A stretch of DNA of 64,000 nucleotides from Botryllus schlosseri. Its lineage: Eukaryota. Shown here piece after piece: positions 12,655-25,989 of this stretch. Within the stretch, counting starts at the first letter, position 1, and every line of letters starts with the position of its first letter. The stretch lies in NCBI GenBank assembly GCA_051294905.1, contig CM119378.1, forward strand, positions 3,598,001-3,662,000, written 5' to 3'. The notes below the pieces were generated by a model. That model had not been told where the DNA came from and searched no databases. It worked only from the letters and a program-made list of their open reading frames with translations. The position numbers and the translations under genes are program-made.

Positions 12655-12831
12655 GCAACAGACGAAAAATGAGATAAACAGTATAGGAACAGTTCAAATA
12701 CAATAACACAAGACCAACACCTAGAACAACTGACAACGGATTACATACTCACAGCACTAGGTAAGTAGAGTGAGCGTAATCAACGTGAATCAATCAACTA
12801 ATGATGAAAAGTACAGATAAGGAATAGTACA
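12617..12831 (-). repeat. 5' LTR of the Gypsy element
   Basis: Direct repeat of 7478-7692; contains AATAAA on the sense strand; gag ATG lies 28 nt downstream. Confidence 0.97.
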
Positions 12832-13072
12832 AGTAGCATGGATACCGAATTTTACCAACTCTGGGTATACTGTAGTTTTATCAACAAAAGATAGTAATGC
12901 ATTGAGTAGTGTGAGTAATCATTGAGTTTAGAAATTACTTATACATGCAGTGTCGGATGCAGCCGGTTCCATAGAACCGTCTCACGAAATTGGATGATGG
13001 CATTACTGTCTAATGTCTATGACTTTTTGTAAGAGAGTTGACTGGGAAAAATTGAATCCTACGGCTGCTTAT

Positions 13073-13437
13073 TAGTGCGGAGCATGGACCATATAGCCGG
13101 ATTGAATATCTGGTCGCATTTTTTCATTTTTGGCCGGAGCCGGATCAGTACTTTTTCGATCCGGCTAAAATCTTTAATGATAAGCATGACTTTTGTAACC
13201 AAATATCTACCAACCAACCACACGCAAGTAGCCGCCAAGCCAGTACGAGAATAAACGAGCCATATTCATAAATTCACGGAAGCATCGTAATGTGTAGGGC
13301 GGAGCATGGACCGGAGCCGGGTATGATATCCGGCCGGTCTTTTTTCATTTTTAGCCGGAACCGGATCGGAGCCGGACCAGAGAATGGATAGCAGGATCGG
13401 AGTCGGACCAGAGAATTTGTCGATCCGCTCCGCACCA
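13073..13437. mobile_element. hAT-type MITE with CCGGA-rich internal repeats
   Basis: TIR TAGTGCGGAGC / GCTCCGCACCA; perfect TSD CTGCTTAT; empty site at ~40284-40291. Confidence 0.85.
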
Positions 13438-14606
13438 CTGCTTATGTGGATTTTGGGTGCATTGTGCAGTTAGCGTTCAGATATGCTGCATTGTGTACAT
13501 GTACAGCATGTGTGACCAACACTGCATAGTGAACAAGATTATTCACTCGCTCTAAAGTACTAGATAACTGGAAACGTAATATATACAACACTATCCATCA
13601 CCGAATGAGGACACGGTGAACGGCTTCTTTATAGGTTATAGGTTAACCGCCAGACTCCCAGCTCATAGAGAAATGCGGATGCGGTTTGGAATTCGATGTA
13701 AGCAGCTCGCGTTGACCTTCGCTGGCACACATCTTGTGTTTGTTGATGAGATGAGTCACCGATATTCCTTTAACAATATCAAGCATGCAAAGCTGTAACA
13801 TATAGACGTGCCCCAAGGCTATCTGTATACATGTCAAACGGTCTAGTAATACTCACACAGTGAACTTGCGTATAGGAAGAATATGATGTCAAAAGGCACT
13901 GGATTATAAACTAATTTAATTGTAAGATTTCACTCCAGTTACACTTATACAGCTTTCATTGAGCCTGTAATAACTTCACACGCATGAACGTAACCAACCG
14001 GATCACCATTTGAGGAGGGAGCTTTCAGCAATAACAAGATCTCACGGACATACAATGACTATGACATAATGCACGACAGCGAAGTCCCGACGACCAAAAT
14101 CCAGTATGCGGTGCAAGATCATATACAGACTCTGAATGACGCATGTTTAATCTACTTTTATGCTTCGATTGCGCAATGCCCTGACACAAGACGTTATTTT
14201 TAGGCATGGTGCTAACCAGAGTTGGATCAATTGTAATTTGTAATTAAGCTGAATGTAATTATTACATTGTTTCATGTTATTGTAATCGTAATTGTAATTT
14301 GATAAAAATCTTGCTCAATTACCATTTTAATTACATTTTTATGTACATCTGACAATCACAACATAAAATAACCAATCATGTATTCATCACACCAGTGAAA
14401 ATCCGGTACGGACCAGGATGACGACGAGGGGCCGCAAGGCCTTAAGGCCTTAGCACAGTACACAGTAACCACCTGTAATAATTAGCCTATTTACATCAGG
14501 GTTCTATGCGTGCCGCGTTATAACTAGATAATTCAGCCATGCTAAACTCTTTCCCATACTTCAGTAGCAACAGAATTACAAAATAGAATTACAAAATAGG
14601 CCAAAC

Positions 14607-15301
14607 CAGTGGTTCTCAAACTGGTGGGCGTGCCCCCGTTGGACGGCGTGGAAGCATCTGAAGGGGGGCGCGATTCACCTCCATTTCATAGTTATTGCTG
14701 TGCGTATAGTCCGAATTTCACATTGGAGAATTCTCTCATCAACAGTCATAACTAGGGCAAGTTTTTGTTGCACTAAAAACCTGAGAAAGTTGCATTTATT
14801 TTTTTAATTTTAACAAAAGTTGCAGAGGTTGCATTTTGACCACATTTTGCTCGGTTGGCTAAAAAAATGTCAATTTTCCGGCTCAGCTCCCGACATACCC
14901 GTAAAAGCGTTACTTCGGTGCTTATTTACGGTGTTTCAGTCGAATTTGCCCGTGTATCTCACCAAAATCGAAAATACTTTCATGAAAAATAGAGAAAGTT
15001 GCAAAATGTTGCAAAAAGTTGCATGAAAAAAATGGAGAAAAGTTGCAAAAACTTGCACTATAAGATTCATTCATACAGCTTAAAACAGCATTCTACTACG
15101 AGTATTTAGGAAGCTGCCGGCAGCTGTAAAAAAAAGTTGCAAAAGTTGCAAAAACTTGCCCTAGTCATAACGTTCCAACCATCAAACTATCTGTAAGGAT
15201 TGCTAACATTCTGGTTTCATTGTGTGATATGACGATAAGGGGGGCACGAAAATTTCACTGTCATAAAGGAGGGCGTGTCTAAAAAAGTTACAGAACCAGT
15301 G
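14607..15301. mobile_element. hAT MITE containing a nested MITE
   Basis: CAGTGGTTCT / AGAACCAGTG termini; TSD GGCCAAAC / GGCTAAAC. Confidence 0.8.
14753..15163. mobile_element. hAT MITE with AAAGTTGC repeats, nested in 14607-15301
   Basis: TIR TAGGGCAAGTTTTTG; perfect TSD GTCATAAC. Confidence 0.9.
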
Positions 15302-16499
15302 GGCTAAACTAAATCTTACTACATCAAAAATGAACAGCAAATAAACTTTTCTGAAACCTGTGCTGAACCATTTCCTAAACCACGGTCAAAGTTTTATTTT
15401 TAAATCTTTGACCAGTACCGAGGCTTGCTGCAACAATTGCAAAAATAAATTCAAGTTTCCAATCAAGGCTTCATCAAACTTGATCACGCATTTGTTGAGA
15501 TGTTATCCCAATCTTACCTCCAATCTTATCCAAATTTACTGGGGTCAGAAATTTTCGCACCCTAATGTTCATCAAATGCAATCTAACAGTTTCCGGTTTA
15601 ATGTCACTCGATTTTTTAATTATAATATGATTCGAAAAAAACAAAATAAAAACGAAACTATCAATTACGCATATAATTCACAGAAATGAGTGTAACTGTA
15701 TTCACAATCATAGAACAAAGTTGTATTCCTAGTATCGCTTGAGGCCTTTTCAATGCTTTTGTCTGAGGTTGTATTGCATAATGTGCACTGTGAAGCCTGC
15801 GAGTGTAGTCCTGTCCTTTCAAACTGAACCACGCGGTGCACATGCAGCCCTCACGAAATGAAAATAGCGCGCTCCGTTCAGAAATGCTATTTTGTAATCG
15901 CATGCATCTCTCAAAATGAACTTCTCTTTTCGTTTAGTAGGGCACTTGTGAGCGATTCCAATATCTTTTGAGTAGCGACAATCTCTGCCGTACGTCACGA
16001 AATAACAACATATATTTCAACATATAAATTAATAGCAGTGGACCCGCCCGAATTAACCCGCGAGAACCTCACGAATATTCTTAACAGTGCGACATGAACC
16101 ATGAACGCTGCTGAAGATGTATTACTATGCAGGTAATAACCTACCAAAGATTGCTGAAGTCAACACTCTCATCAGCTCTACTGGCAAATCTGATTACGTA
16201 CATGCAAGATATGTGAGTACCAATATTGTTGATCATATTCATTCACTAACTTTGAATAATTTTCGCACTTTCGTAGGAATGAAATAGGCACTGATTTTGA
16301 TAACATTGACTTTCGCCATTTTGATGTGTAATGAGCCGTTATCCGGTTCGTTCGCGAATCGTAGCGAACGTATACTTCGATTAGGAAAGGATCTGCACGT
16401 GCGTGTTTGTGAATCGTGAGCACAGGCTATAGTGAAGAAATTCCTTATAGCATAATGGGGCTTCGCCCCAAGAAGTTGTCTCTTTCGGCCCTGCATGTG

Positions 16500-17459
16500 G
16501 GGGAGATGTGGTACCGATGGATCACTGGGGCCGAAAATACTTTGAAAATTCTCTATGATAATTCCATGATTACACTCCGTGAACTTGTCTACAATTGCAT
16601 GCTGGCAAAATCTTTCCTCACATACAAAAAAATTCGACGAGCGCGAGCTATGGGGTCTCTCACAGATGTTTTTTGTTTTGGGGGGTGTAAACTAAATTTA
16701 GATCGACATATACATTTTTCTTTGTAACCTTCAACACGAACAAACCAGCGATCATTTTTATTGTGAAGTGTAGGGCTTGTATCAGGCTATATAATGGCAC
16801 CTAGTTTTTTTCAGTACCTTCCTTGAGTGGAACTTTTTTCGATTCATGTGTAAAATTCGTAGGGTGGGGACCGATGATGCAATAGTCAAATCAAGCAAAA
16901 TAATCAAGCATACTAATCATGAAACAAATGAAACATGCCTACGTACAGAAAATCTTTATGTAATAATTGCATATGATGTTTTATCGCTATAACGAAGTAT
17001 TTGGAAGTCACACTGTCGATTTTCGGGCAATATGTATGCACCCTCAAATTTATAAGTTCGAGCTTAAATCTAAACGTGATTTTATGACAACATTTGAGTT
17101 ATTATTTATTCTATTTTTTGACATTTGCGACCAAACATTCTTCTTCGGCTTACTGTAGCTTAGAATATAATACTGAGCAAGAAAAGTTGTCACATCTGAC
17201 TTTTTTAGGGTATATGTGTCATAGGTCCCCGGGTCGTGTGCCATTGGACCCACCGGGTGGGGACCGATGATACGTTCGAGCAACAAATTTTGAACGTCCA
17301 TAAATATTTTTTGAAAAGACGGATATTCATGTATATGTGGGCGATAGGTAGAGCTTGTATCAAAGTGCTGAGCCAGCAAAAGATCTGCTGTTTTCGGCTG
17401 AACATTTTGGGGCCAGCGATCATTTTCCAATTTTTGATCCATCGGTACCACATCTCCCC
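16500..17459. mobile_element. Non-autonomous DNA transposon with probable TA TSD (Tc1/mariner-type)
   Basis: 25-bp perfect TIR GGGGAGATGTGGTACCGATGGATCA; flanks TG / TA; empty site CATGTAGC at ~32273-32280. Confidence 0.85.
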
Positions 17460-20400
17460 TACCTATCTTGTCCGTTCTGAGTCGGTAACTTTCCGGGATT
17501 CCATGTCAGATACGATGAATTGCACGTTATCTGAGAATCATCAACATCGAAATGTTGACCCGGCGATGGCTAACCGTCAACGCTGCACTCGGAGACTCGT
17601 TGCTTCAGAATTATGAGGACGGGGTTTTGAAAAATCATGATGCCATTATAGATTAGTTTATGAGGCCGAGTATACCATTTTTCCAATACGCTCTTAAAGA
17701 GAAAACACGCTGATTATTAACACACCAAATAACGTTGGTTATGTAAGGCAGGCTCCTTCACGCTCCTTGTGAAGCAAGTTGTAAGCAAAAACTTACTCTG
17801 CAAAACCTGAGCACACTGCCTGGACTTCAACTGGCATTGCAATATTACTTCTCAGAATTTGTTTATCACAACTTTAGATGGTAGTTAGCCCATTTGACAG
17901 CAATGAATCAAGCAATCTTTCTGCAAAAGAACACCTAATTAATAAATGAATCAAATTACGAATTGGAAATAAATACAACAGAATCAATTCAGTTCATATC
18001 AAACCAGCTCATTCTCATAAGTTATGTGTACATCAAGCTTTCTCGTTTCATACTATTTAGGCTATAGTTCTCTTGTCGTATTTTCATGAAAACAAGAAAT
18101 TAGGTTAGAATTAAAATTAGAGTAAAGACGAATCCGCGTACAGAGAGAAAAAAGCTCGCGGAAATTGAGTCCGGTAATCCGCTTCATAAAAGCACCTGTT
18201 ACTGAACCCGCCAGAATACCAGCGGGTCTGCTGGCGTCCACTTTGTGCGCAGGAGAGAGTAGAATGGGTCCAGGGAGGGCACTGTATGCCACCTTGAGAG
18301 ATAGAAATTTACTTGTTAGTTGTTGTATGTTGTTGTTTGGGGTATTCAGTTTTTTTACGACTACAATGGTCATTTACACCAGACAGATATCCTATATTAT
18401 GATTCCGTATCTGCCAACTTGCAGCACGGCCCACTTCTGAGCTTTTTTAAGACACCACTTGCGTGGATCAAAGGGCGGGAACAGATTATTTCGATACTAT
18501 TGTATCTGGTGCTAATTATCATTACGTTCACCACTTCACGCACCAAGCACCAGAAAGCATTGGCACGCAATATCACTGGATGAGTGGATATAGTCACAAA
18601 AAGATTATAGTACTCTCTGAGTCGATCTTATGACATTAGGGAAGGTGATAATACTGCTTCCAGTGAGATGTTCGTCAATTATGCAGCTTGTCTCTCGAAT
18701 GGACAGTTGTATTAAGTGTAGCACGGTCAGTAGCCTCCTTCAACCTTTCGGAATACTCGAATGGTTTGAGTCTGCAAAACATGTTTTCGCTATTTAACCT
18801 ACTACGATGATGTTGGTTTTAAATTAGGCCTACATTCGCCATTTACTTTGACTTGCTATACTTTCCTTTTGCGTTGAAATATTGTCTATAGTAGAAATAA
18901 TTTTTTCTGCTGTAATATACAGCAGTAGAATGGATTTGTTTCATGAGGAGGATACACGCCAGTATCACGCTATAGAGGGTTACAGTTTCGTCGCCCGCTG
19001 ATTTGAGACATTCTGGTTTCTAGTCGCACAGATGCACAATCTTAGTGAGAAAAAGTGTGAATTCACACCGTTGTACTCCCCCCTCTCGTGATATTCGGAT
19101 GTGAATATACAACTATCGTAGACGAAATCAAAACATGCCTCAGACTTACGCCGCTTTATAAATAAAATACAACATTTTAATCCAAATTCTGCTTGCATGT
19201 ACGAGCGTATTTAAAAGTGCACACGTAATCACGTATAGGATCTATCACCGCGACGTAATTCTGAGTTAGGCTCTGTTTTGGTGTAGAATTGTAGCTACAC
19301 AGTTTTCTCCAAATTGTTATATCATTATTGAATTCGAACTTTGAAACTGAATCAAATTCCGAACTAGCAAAATTCATTTATGTTCAGTTCATATTATATC
19401 AGAGATTATTCTCATAAGCAGAGGAATAGCGAATGTCCATAAAACCAAGCTCGTCTCGTTTCGCACTATGCAGTTCTCTTGTAGCATTTTCAGCAGAATC
19501 ATAAATTGAATTAGAATTAAATTCCGCAAATTGAATTAGTGTTAGTTTACCGGCATTTCGGTCTAATTAGTCTTATCATACAACTATATGTTTATTTAAT
19601 TGTCCAAGTCTGCCCTGTTAAATCAAGTATCGCCCTCAAAACACGGAATCCATCGGAAAGATATCTTGAAAATTCCGCGTACCGAGAGAAAGAAGTTCAG
19701 GAAAATTCAGTCCAGTAATCCGCTTCATAAACGCACCCGCAAATGATCCCGCCAGAATACCGACGGATCTGCCAGTGAAAGTCGTAGAAATTTTGTAAAC
19801 CTCGGCGTCCACGCTGTGCGCAAGATAGAGTAGAGTAAGTCCATAGAGTGCCCTGTATGCCCCCTTGAGAGACAGAAATTGACTTGTTAGGTCTTGTTTA
19901 TGGTATATTGGTATTCATTATTTTGCCTACAATGGTATCTGGCAACTGGTAGCGCGGCCCACTTTTGAGCTTTCTTAAGACACCGCTTGCGCGGATCAGA
20001 GAGCGAGGACAACTTATTAGTACTATTGTATCTAATGCTATCCATCATTACATTTAACTCTTCACGCACCAAGCAGCAGGAAGCATTGGCATGAAATGTC
20101 ACTGGATAAATGGATATAGTCGCAAAAAGCATGATTATAGTACAATCTGAGTCGATGTTACAGAATCTATTTCATTAGAGAAGAAGGCAATATTGTTTCC
20201 TGTGAGATATTCATAAAATACTCAGCTTGTCGCTCGAATGGACAGTAGTGTATTAAATGTGGCGCGGTCAGTATAACCTCTTTCTACCTTTCGGGATACT
20301 CGAGTGGTTTGAGTCTGCAGAAACATGATTTCGCTGTTTAGCCTACTACAATGATATTGGATTTACTTCGACTTACTACTTTCCTTTTGCGTTTGAGTAT

Positions 20401-21367
20401 TGTCTGGTAGAAATTATACACACTATTTTTTATTTATTACTATACAGTATAGTAGAATGGATTTGTTTCATGCGGAGGATACATCCTAGTATCACGCGCT
20501 ATACGTGGCTACAGTTTCGGAGGATTTCTAAGGCAGTGTGCGATATGAAAATGGTGTTCTGAACTCAAAATAATATCTATAGTGAGGTTTTGTGTCATCT
20601 CAAACCATAACAGCTGGACAAGCCCTGGTATTCATTGAATTTACTAGGCTAGGTAAAATCGCGGCACTCGAATTATAAGGAAATCGCCCATTTTCAGCCG
20701 ATATTCTTCTAGCTCAACATGCACACAGATACAAGGTATGAGTTACGGAAATAAGTAGCTAGGATATGTTGTTAAGATATAAGGCATGGGGGACAAACTG
20801 AAAACCACGACTTTTTGAAAGTTAGTCAATCCTGAACAACCCTGACGTAGACTCGTGAGATTTATAACCGCTATGTAATTCCGAGTCAGGCTCTGTTTTG
20901 TTGTACCACCCTTTGGGTGTGAATATGCACCCTTTTCACTGAGAGTGCAACTTGCAAATTTTAAAGTTATCTCCCGCAATTAACCAATAAAATTGTGCGT
21001 CGGGGCATGCTTTCAAAACTATCTACCAGATTACGTTTCTACTCCTACTCGCAGTGGTTACGGCAGGTTTTGGATATCGCTTATAATTGTATGTTTGCAA
21101 TGTCATGTCTACTTCTACTTGAGTAGCGTGGATCCCGAATTTTACCAACTCTGGATATACTGTAGTTTTATCAACAAGAGATAGTAATGCAATGAGTAGT
21201 GAGTAATCATTGAGCTTAGAAATTACTTTTACACGCAGTGTCGGATGCAGCGGGTTTCGTAAAACCGTCACACGAAATTGGATAAGATCAACGTTCCGGT
21301 TACTATTACCGTCAACTGTCAATAAATTTTTGTCACAAAAGCGACTGAGAAAATATTGAATCCAACC

Positions 21368-21774
21368 TAGTGTTGCATTTAAAGCAAATGGTTGTTTAAA
21401 ACACTTGGTTTCAAACATGTTTCAAACTGTGTTTTCAACAAAGGCCTTTAAAAAATTGTGTTTTTTTAAAGTTGTAAAATCATGCCATGATTGTGTAAAT
21501 ACTTTCCAAAAAACATGTTGCATGAGCCTACAAACAATTACCGCCCGATACAGCAGACGTATACGATATGGGATGGTTGGAAACCTTAAAATAGTCGGTT
21601 CAACAGCTATAGTACGTAGATATTTCTTCAAATGAGCTATATTTAGCCAATATTTTCAATTGTCAATGTCAATCCACTATGGCGTCACAATTGAATATTC
21701 GTGACGTCATTGCTCAGAAAAAAACAATAAAAAACAATAAAACATGTTTTAAATCGATGTTTGTTTTAACCCTA
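21368..21774. mobile_element. hAT MITE, TAGGGTTGCATTTAAAAC family
   Basis: TSD ATCCAACC / ATCCTACC; homologous to 43937-44388 and 50492-51067. Confidence 0.85.
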
Positions 21775-22539
21775 ATCCTACCATTATTTATATGTGGATC
21801 TAATGTGCATTGTGTAGTTATCGTTCAGATATGCAGCATTGTGTACAACATGTGTGACCAAAACTGCATAGTGAATGAGATTATTCAGTCGCTCTAAAGT
21901 ACTAGATAACTAGAAACTTGACATTAACTTATAGAATACTATCCACAACGAAACTACGACACAGTGAATAGTTTCTTCAAAGGTGATAGGTTAACCGGCA
22001 GATTCCCAGCTCATACAGATAAATGTGGATGCGGTTTGGCATTTGGTGTAAGCAGCTCGCGTTAACCTTCGCCGGCGCACATCTTTCCAGTGAATTGGCA
22101 CTGGTAAAATTGTGGAATGTAGACTGCGGCAGCCTAAACTGGGTTTGTCGATGAGATCAGACATCGATATTGGTTTGACAATATCCAACATGTCAAGTTG
22201 AAACATGTGGACGTCGACCAAGGCTATGTGTATACATGTCAAACGGTCTAGTAATAATCCCACAGTGAACTTGCGGAATAGAAGAATATGATGATAAAAA
22301 AAGCATTGGATTGTAAACGAAACCAGCAGTAAGATTTCCCTCGAAATACAGCTTAGATTGGGCCTGTTATTACTTGACAAACATGAGCGTAAATCGATTG
22401 CGCATTGCACTGACACAAGATGGCATTTATCTCGCGAATTTCCAATTATGAGGATAGCTATAATATGTACATCTAATTTACTTGGTCTAACTAGACGGCA
22501 ATTAGTGTCCGTAGTACAATATACAATGTTTCATGTATA

Positions 22540-23250
22540 CAGGACCGTAATTGCCGCACCCCAAACCCCCCAATTGGGGGGGAGGGCTCAAAGGAGGCCC
22601 AAAATTATTTCGTGAATTAACACAAATTATAGAGTTATTCGTAATATATGAAACTTTTTCAAATTGTTTCGCTTTGCGCTCGATTTCATGTTACCAAAGA
22701 TCTTGATTATTGGGTACCCTTCCCCAACCAAAATACGCATGCTTTACAGAAATTGTGTGCATCTTTTAGTTTAATACGTTTTGGCGATTTCCATATCTTT
22801 TGACATAGCAGATATCGGAGGTCGCGCAATAGCATCATGTAACGAAGTCAATATACCAACGGTTCCGCCCGAAGATGTTCATTGTTCAATTAATATTTAG
22901 GGGTCCCACCTTTTCCAACACACCTCACTCAGCTGTACGGGTAAATGTGATTACGTGAGCAGAGAGAGGATAAAAAATTTATAGCAATATATATGCAATT
23001 CCCGATCACATTGACCGATTCAATCATGAAATATATAAATTTTTCGCGCATCGCGCGTTTAGTGGAAATAATGTGATGCACGAAACATTACATCAAATGT
23101 AGCTGATAAGTAACGGCAAAACGCGTAGAGGCTGGAGGAGGGTCTGGAGGGCGAAGCCTCTACACGTCTATCCCCCTATGGGGGGGGGGCAAGACCAACG
23201 ATTTTTTTTTTTGGGGGGGAGGGGGCTGACGAAGTGCTGTCGCGGTCCTG
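22540..23250. mobile_element. hAT MITE, CAGGACCG family
   Basis: TIR CAGGACCG / CGGTCCTG; perfect TSD CATGTATA; empty site at ~41219; inverted relative at 30062-30908. Confidence 0.9.
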
Positions 23251-25989
23251 CATGTATATAATAACAGTCAGCAACAAACTAACACCACGGATTTCATTTA
23301 AATATCAAGGGTGTTCCTGTTCAACCTTTTTGCTATTCTCGGCCGCATTTCTTTTAGACTTACTGCGTATACGGCCGCATTCCTACGAACATTCGTAATG
23401 GAAATGGACCACTTGAAAGGCAAATATCCATGTTAAATCAGCTATCGGGGGACTTCTCATTGCGGACACCTATTGTTGTGTTCAAAGGCATTAATGTTTT
23501 CTCGAGAACGTTTTTAATAGTAGAGTCATAACGGGCCGGCAGGCATACCGTACGAACTGGAATCGCGAGTATCAATGTTATCAAAAGTTATAGAGAACCG
23601 TAGTCAAGTCGCGCCGAGCGCGAAAAGTTTTTCATATTAATGAATGAAATTTCTCAATAATATGGGTAATAGTTGCACATATTACAATCAAGTATCCATA
23701 CTTTCTCTGCCCATGTGATCAGATTAACCGGTAGAACTGATGGAAGGGGTGTCTTCGAAAATTTATGGCAATTAATTAATGATGATGCATCTTCGGGTGG
23801 GGCGAGCATTGTTTTTAATCACTCTATTGTAAGTTGGTATTCATCGACCGCCCATCACGATTGTCGGTATAGTCCAGACATATTGGAATCGCCCAAACGT
23901 ACAAAAAATAAGCTTTTGTGTGACGCACGCAACTCCAAATTCGGATTTCATTATGGGGCACATTCTTTTCCTCTGCGGTTCGCATATGAAGTGTGGGCTC
24001 CGAGTGCAACAACACTACTATATTAAAATCGAAAATTCAGATCGCCTTGAATCTCGTGAAGCTCGAAGGAAATTTACCAGTTGGATTATAATATCTCATA
24101 ATTTTGGGAGCTGATTAGTAAATTCAAATTGCACGTTGACGGCCACAAACACATGCTTATTGAATTACTTGTAGACGGCCGCACATTTATGCTTCTACGG
24201 CCACAGGTTGGCCACCCCTGTTCTATATCATACCTAAGAGCAATACTATTCAGCTTGCAATGGACGCTCTTACAATTGAAATTGAGAACAGGAAAATTCC
24301 GGTCCTTCTGTCACGCACATGCATCTTACTAACCTAATAAACGATTGATCGACAGATATATATTGAGACACTGATGTAGTTTGAATTTATAGCTCGGTCG
24401 CCAAAAAGATTGCAACGTTACATGTTTGCGTAAGCACAAGGAGCAAACAAAGTGACTGTGCGTTCATTCACGGATTACAGCGCATCAATTCTAAAGTCCA
24501 AATAAATCTGCCGTTCCGCAAATTTTGGCATTACAGCATCGCCGAATGTATGATTGCAAGTCTCCTTGCCACATGACTTCCAGGTCTCGCGATATTGACG
24601 GTACTCATGTAGAATTAACGTCGTAAAGTAATATACGACTAGTAATAGAAATAGCTACTTCCAACTTAGCAAAAAAGTCAGTATAATCGGAATGATTTTA
24701 CGTTATAAGGTAGCCTACTTTGTCGCATACATTGGCATTCAACTAACTTACGGGATTCGTATGGCGAAACTTCCGCATCCGAAACCACAAATTGGGGACC
24801 CGAGCTCACAGTTAGGCCCAAAATTATTTTATATTTTTGAGCACAGTTATTCAACTCAAAGTTTTTTATTCGAAATTCGAGCTGCTTAATGTCACTCAAT
24901 TTTTATATTTTAATATGATTCGAAAAAACAAAATAGAAGTAAAACTATCAATCACGCATATCATCTACGGAATTGAGTGTAACTGTATTCGCAATGATAG
25001 GAGAACTGTGTATTCCTAGTACCGCTTGAGGCCGTTTCAATGCTTTTGTCTGAGGTAGTATTGCATAATGTGCGCTCTGCAGTTTGCGAGTATATAGTCC
25101 TGTCTTTCCAAACTGAACACCGCGGTGCAGATGCAACCCTCACGAGATCAAAAAATCGCGCTACGCTCAGAAATGCGATTTTTTAATCGCACGCGTCTCT
25201 CAAAATGAATTTCTCTATTCGTTTGGTATGGTACTGGTGAGCGATTCCAATATCTTTTGAGTAGCGACAATCTCTGCCGGACGTCACGACCAACATACTG
25301 CAACAAAGTAATTAATAACAGTGGACTCGCCAGAACTAACCCTCGAGAACCTCACAAACAGTCTTAACCGTGCGGCATGAACCATGAACGCTGTTGAAGA
25401 TGTATATTTGTGTAATTATGGACCAAAGACTTTTGAAGTCAACAGTTCTATCAGTAAATATGATCACGTGTATGCAACTATACATACTACTACTATACTA
25501 CATACAACTATAGAAAATTCTAGCTGTCTAATTTCACTGAATTAGAGCTTAATGCCAGTAATCTAATTATAATCTAATTTGGGAAATGTTACTATCCTCT
25601 AATTCTATTTCTAATCCGATTTGTTAAATGTTTCTATGCTCTAATTTCAATTCTAATCTTATTTATTGTTTTCCTGAAAATGCCTCTTTGTCCGCGGCAT
25701 TTAGCGGCGTGTAAACAGGAATACCACTATAGCGCAGGGAAATCCGGAACCAAGCCGACATCGCATTACTTACACCGCATAGTCAGCAGTTATTGTGACG
25801 AATAATAGCCATGCTGGCATAGTAGCTTATTGAAGTCTGCGAACAACCTTCTAGTTTCGAACACAAACAGTACAGCAGCAAAGAAAAAGAGATCGTTAAC
25901 ACAGGCTTGTTCCCTTTCATGCCCTCAACTACATCAAGAAAAAGAAAGGGGATGATTGCTTCAGTTCTAACCAAAGAAATGTATTAAAG

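Larger units (their letters stand above)
7478..12831 (-). mobile_element. Ty3/Gypsy LTR retrotransposon, structurally complete but inactivated
   Basis: Two 215-bp TG...CA LTRs (8 mismatches by eye), 5-bp TSD AGTAG (7473-7477 and 12832-12836), polypurine tract, and gag-PR-RT-RH-IN domain order. Confidence 0.97.
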
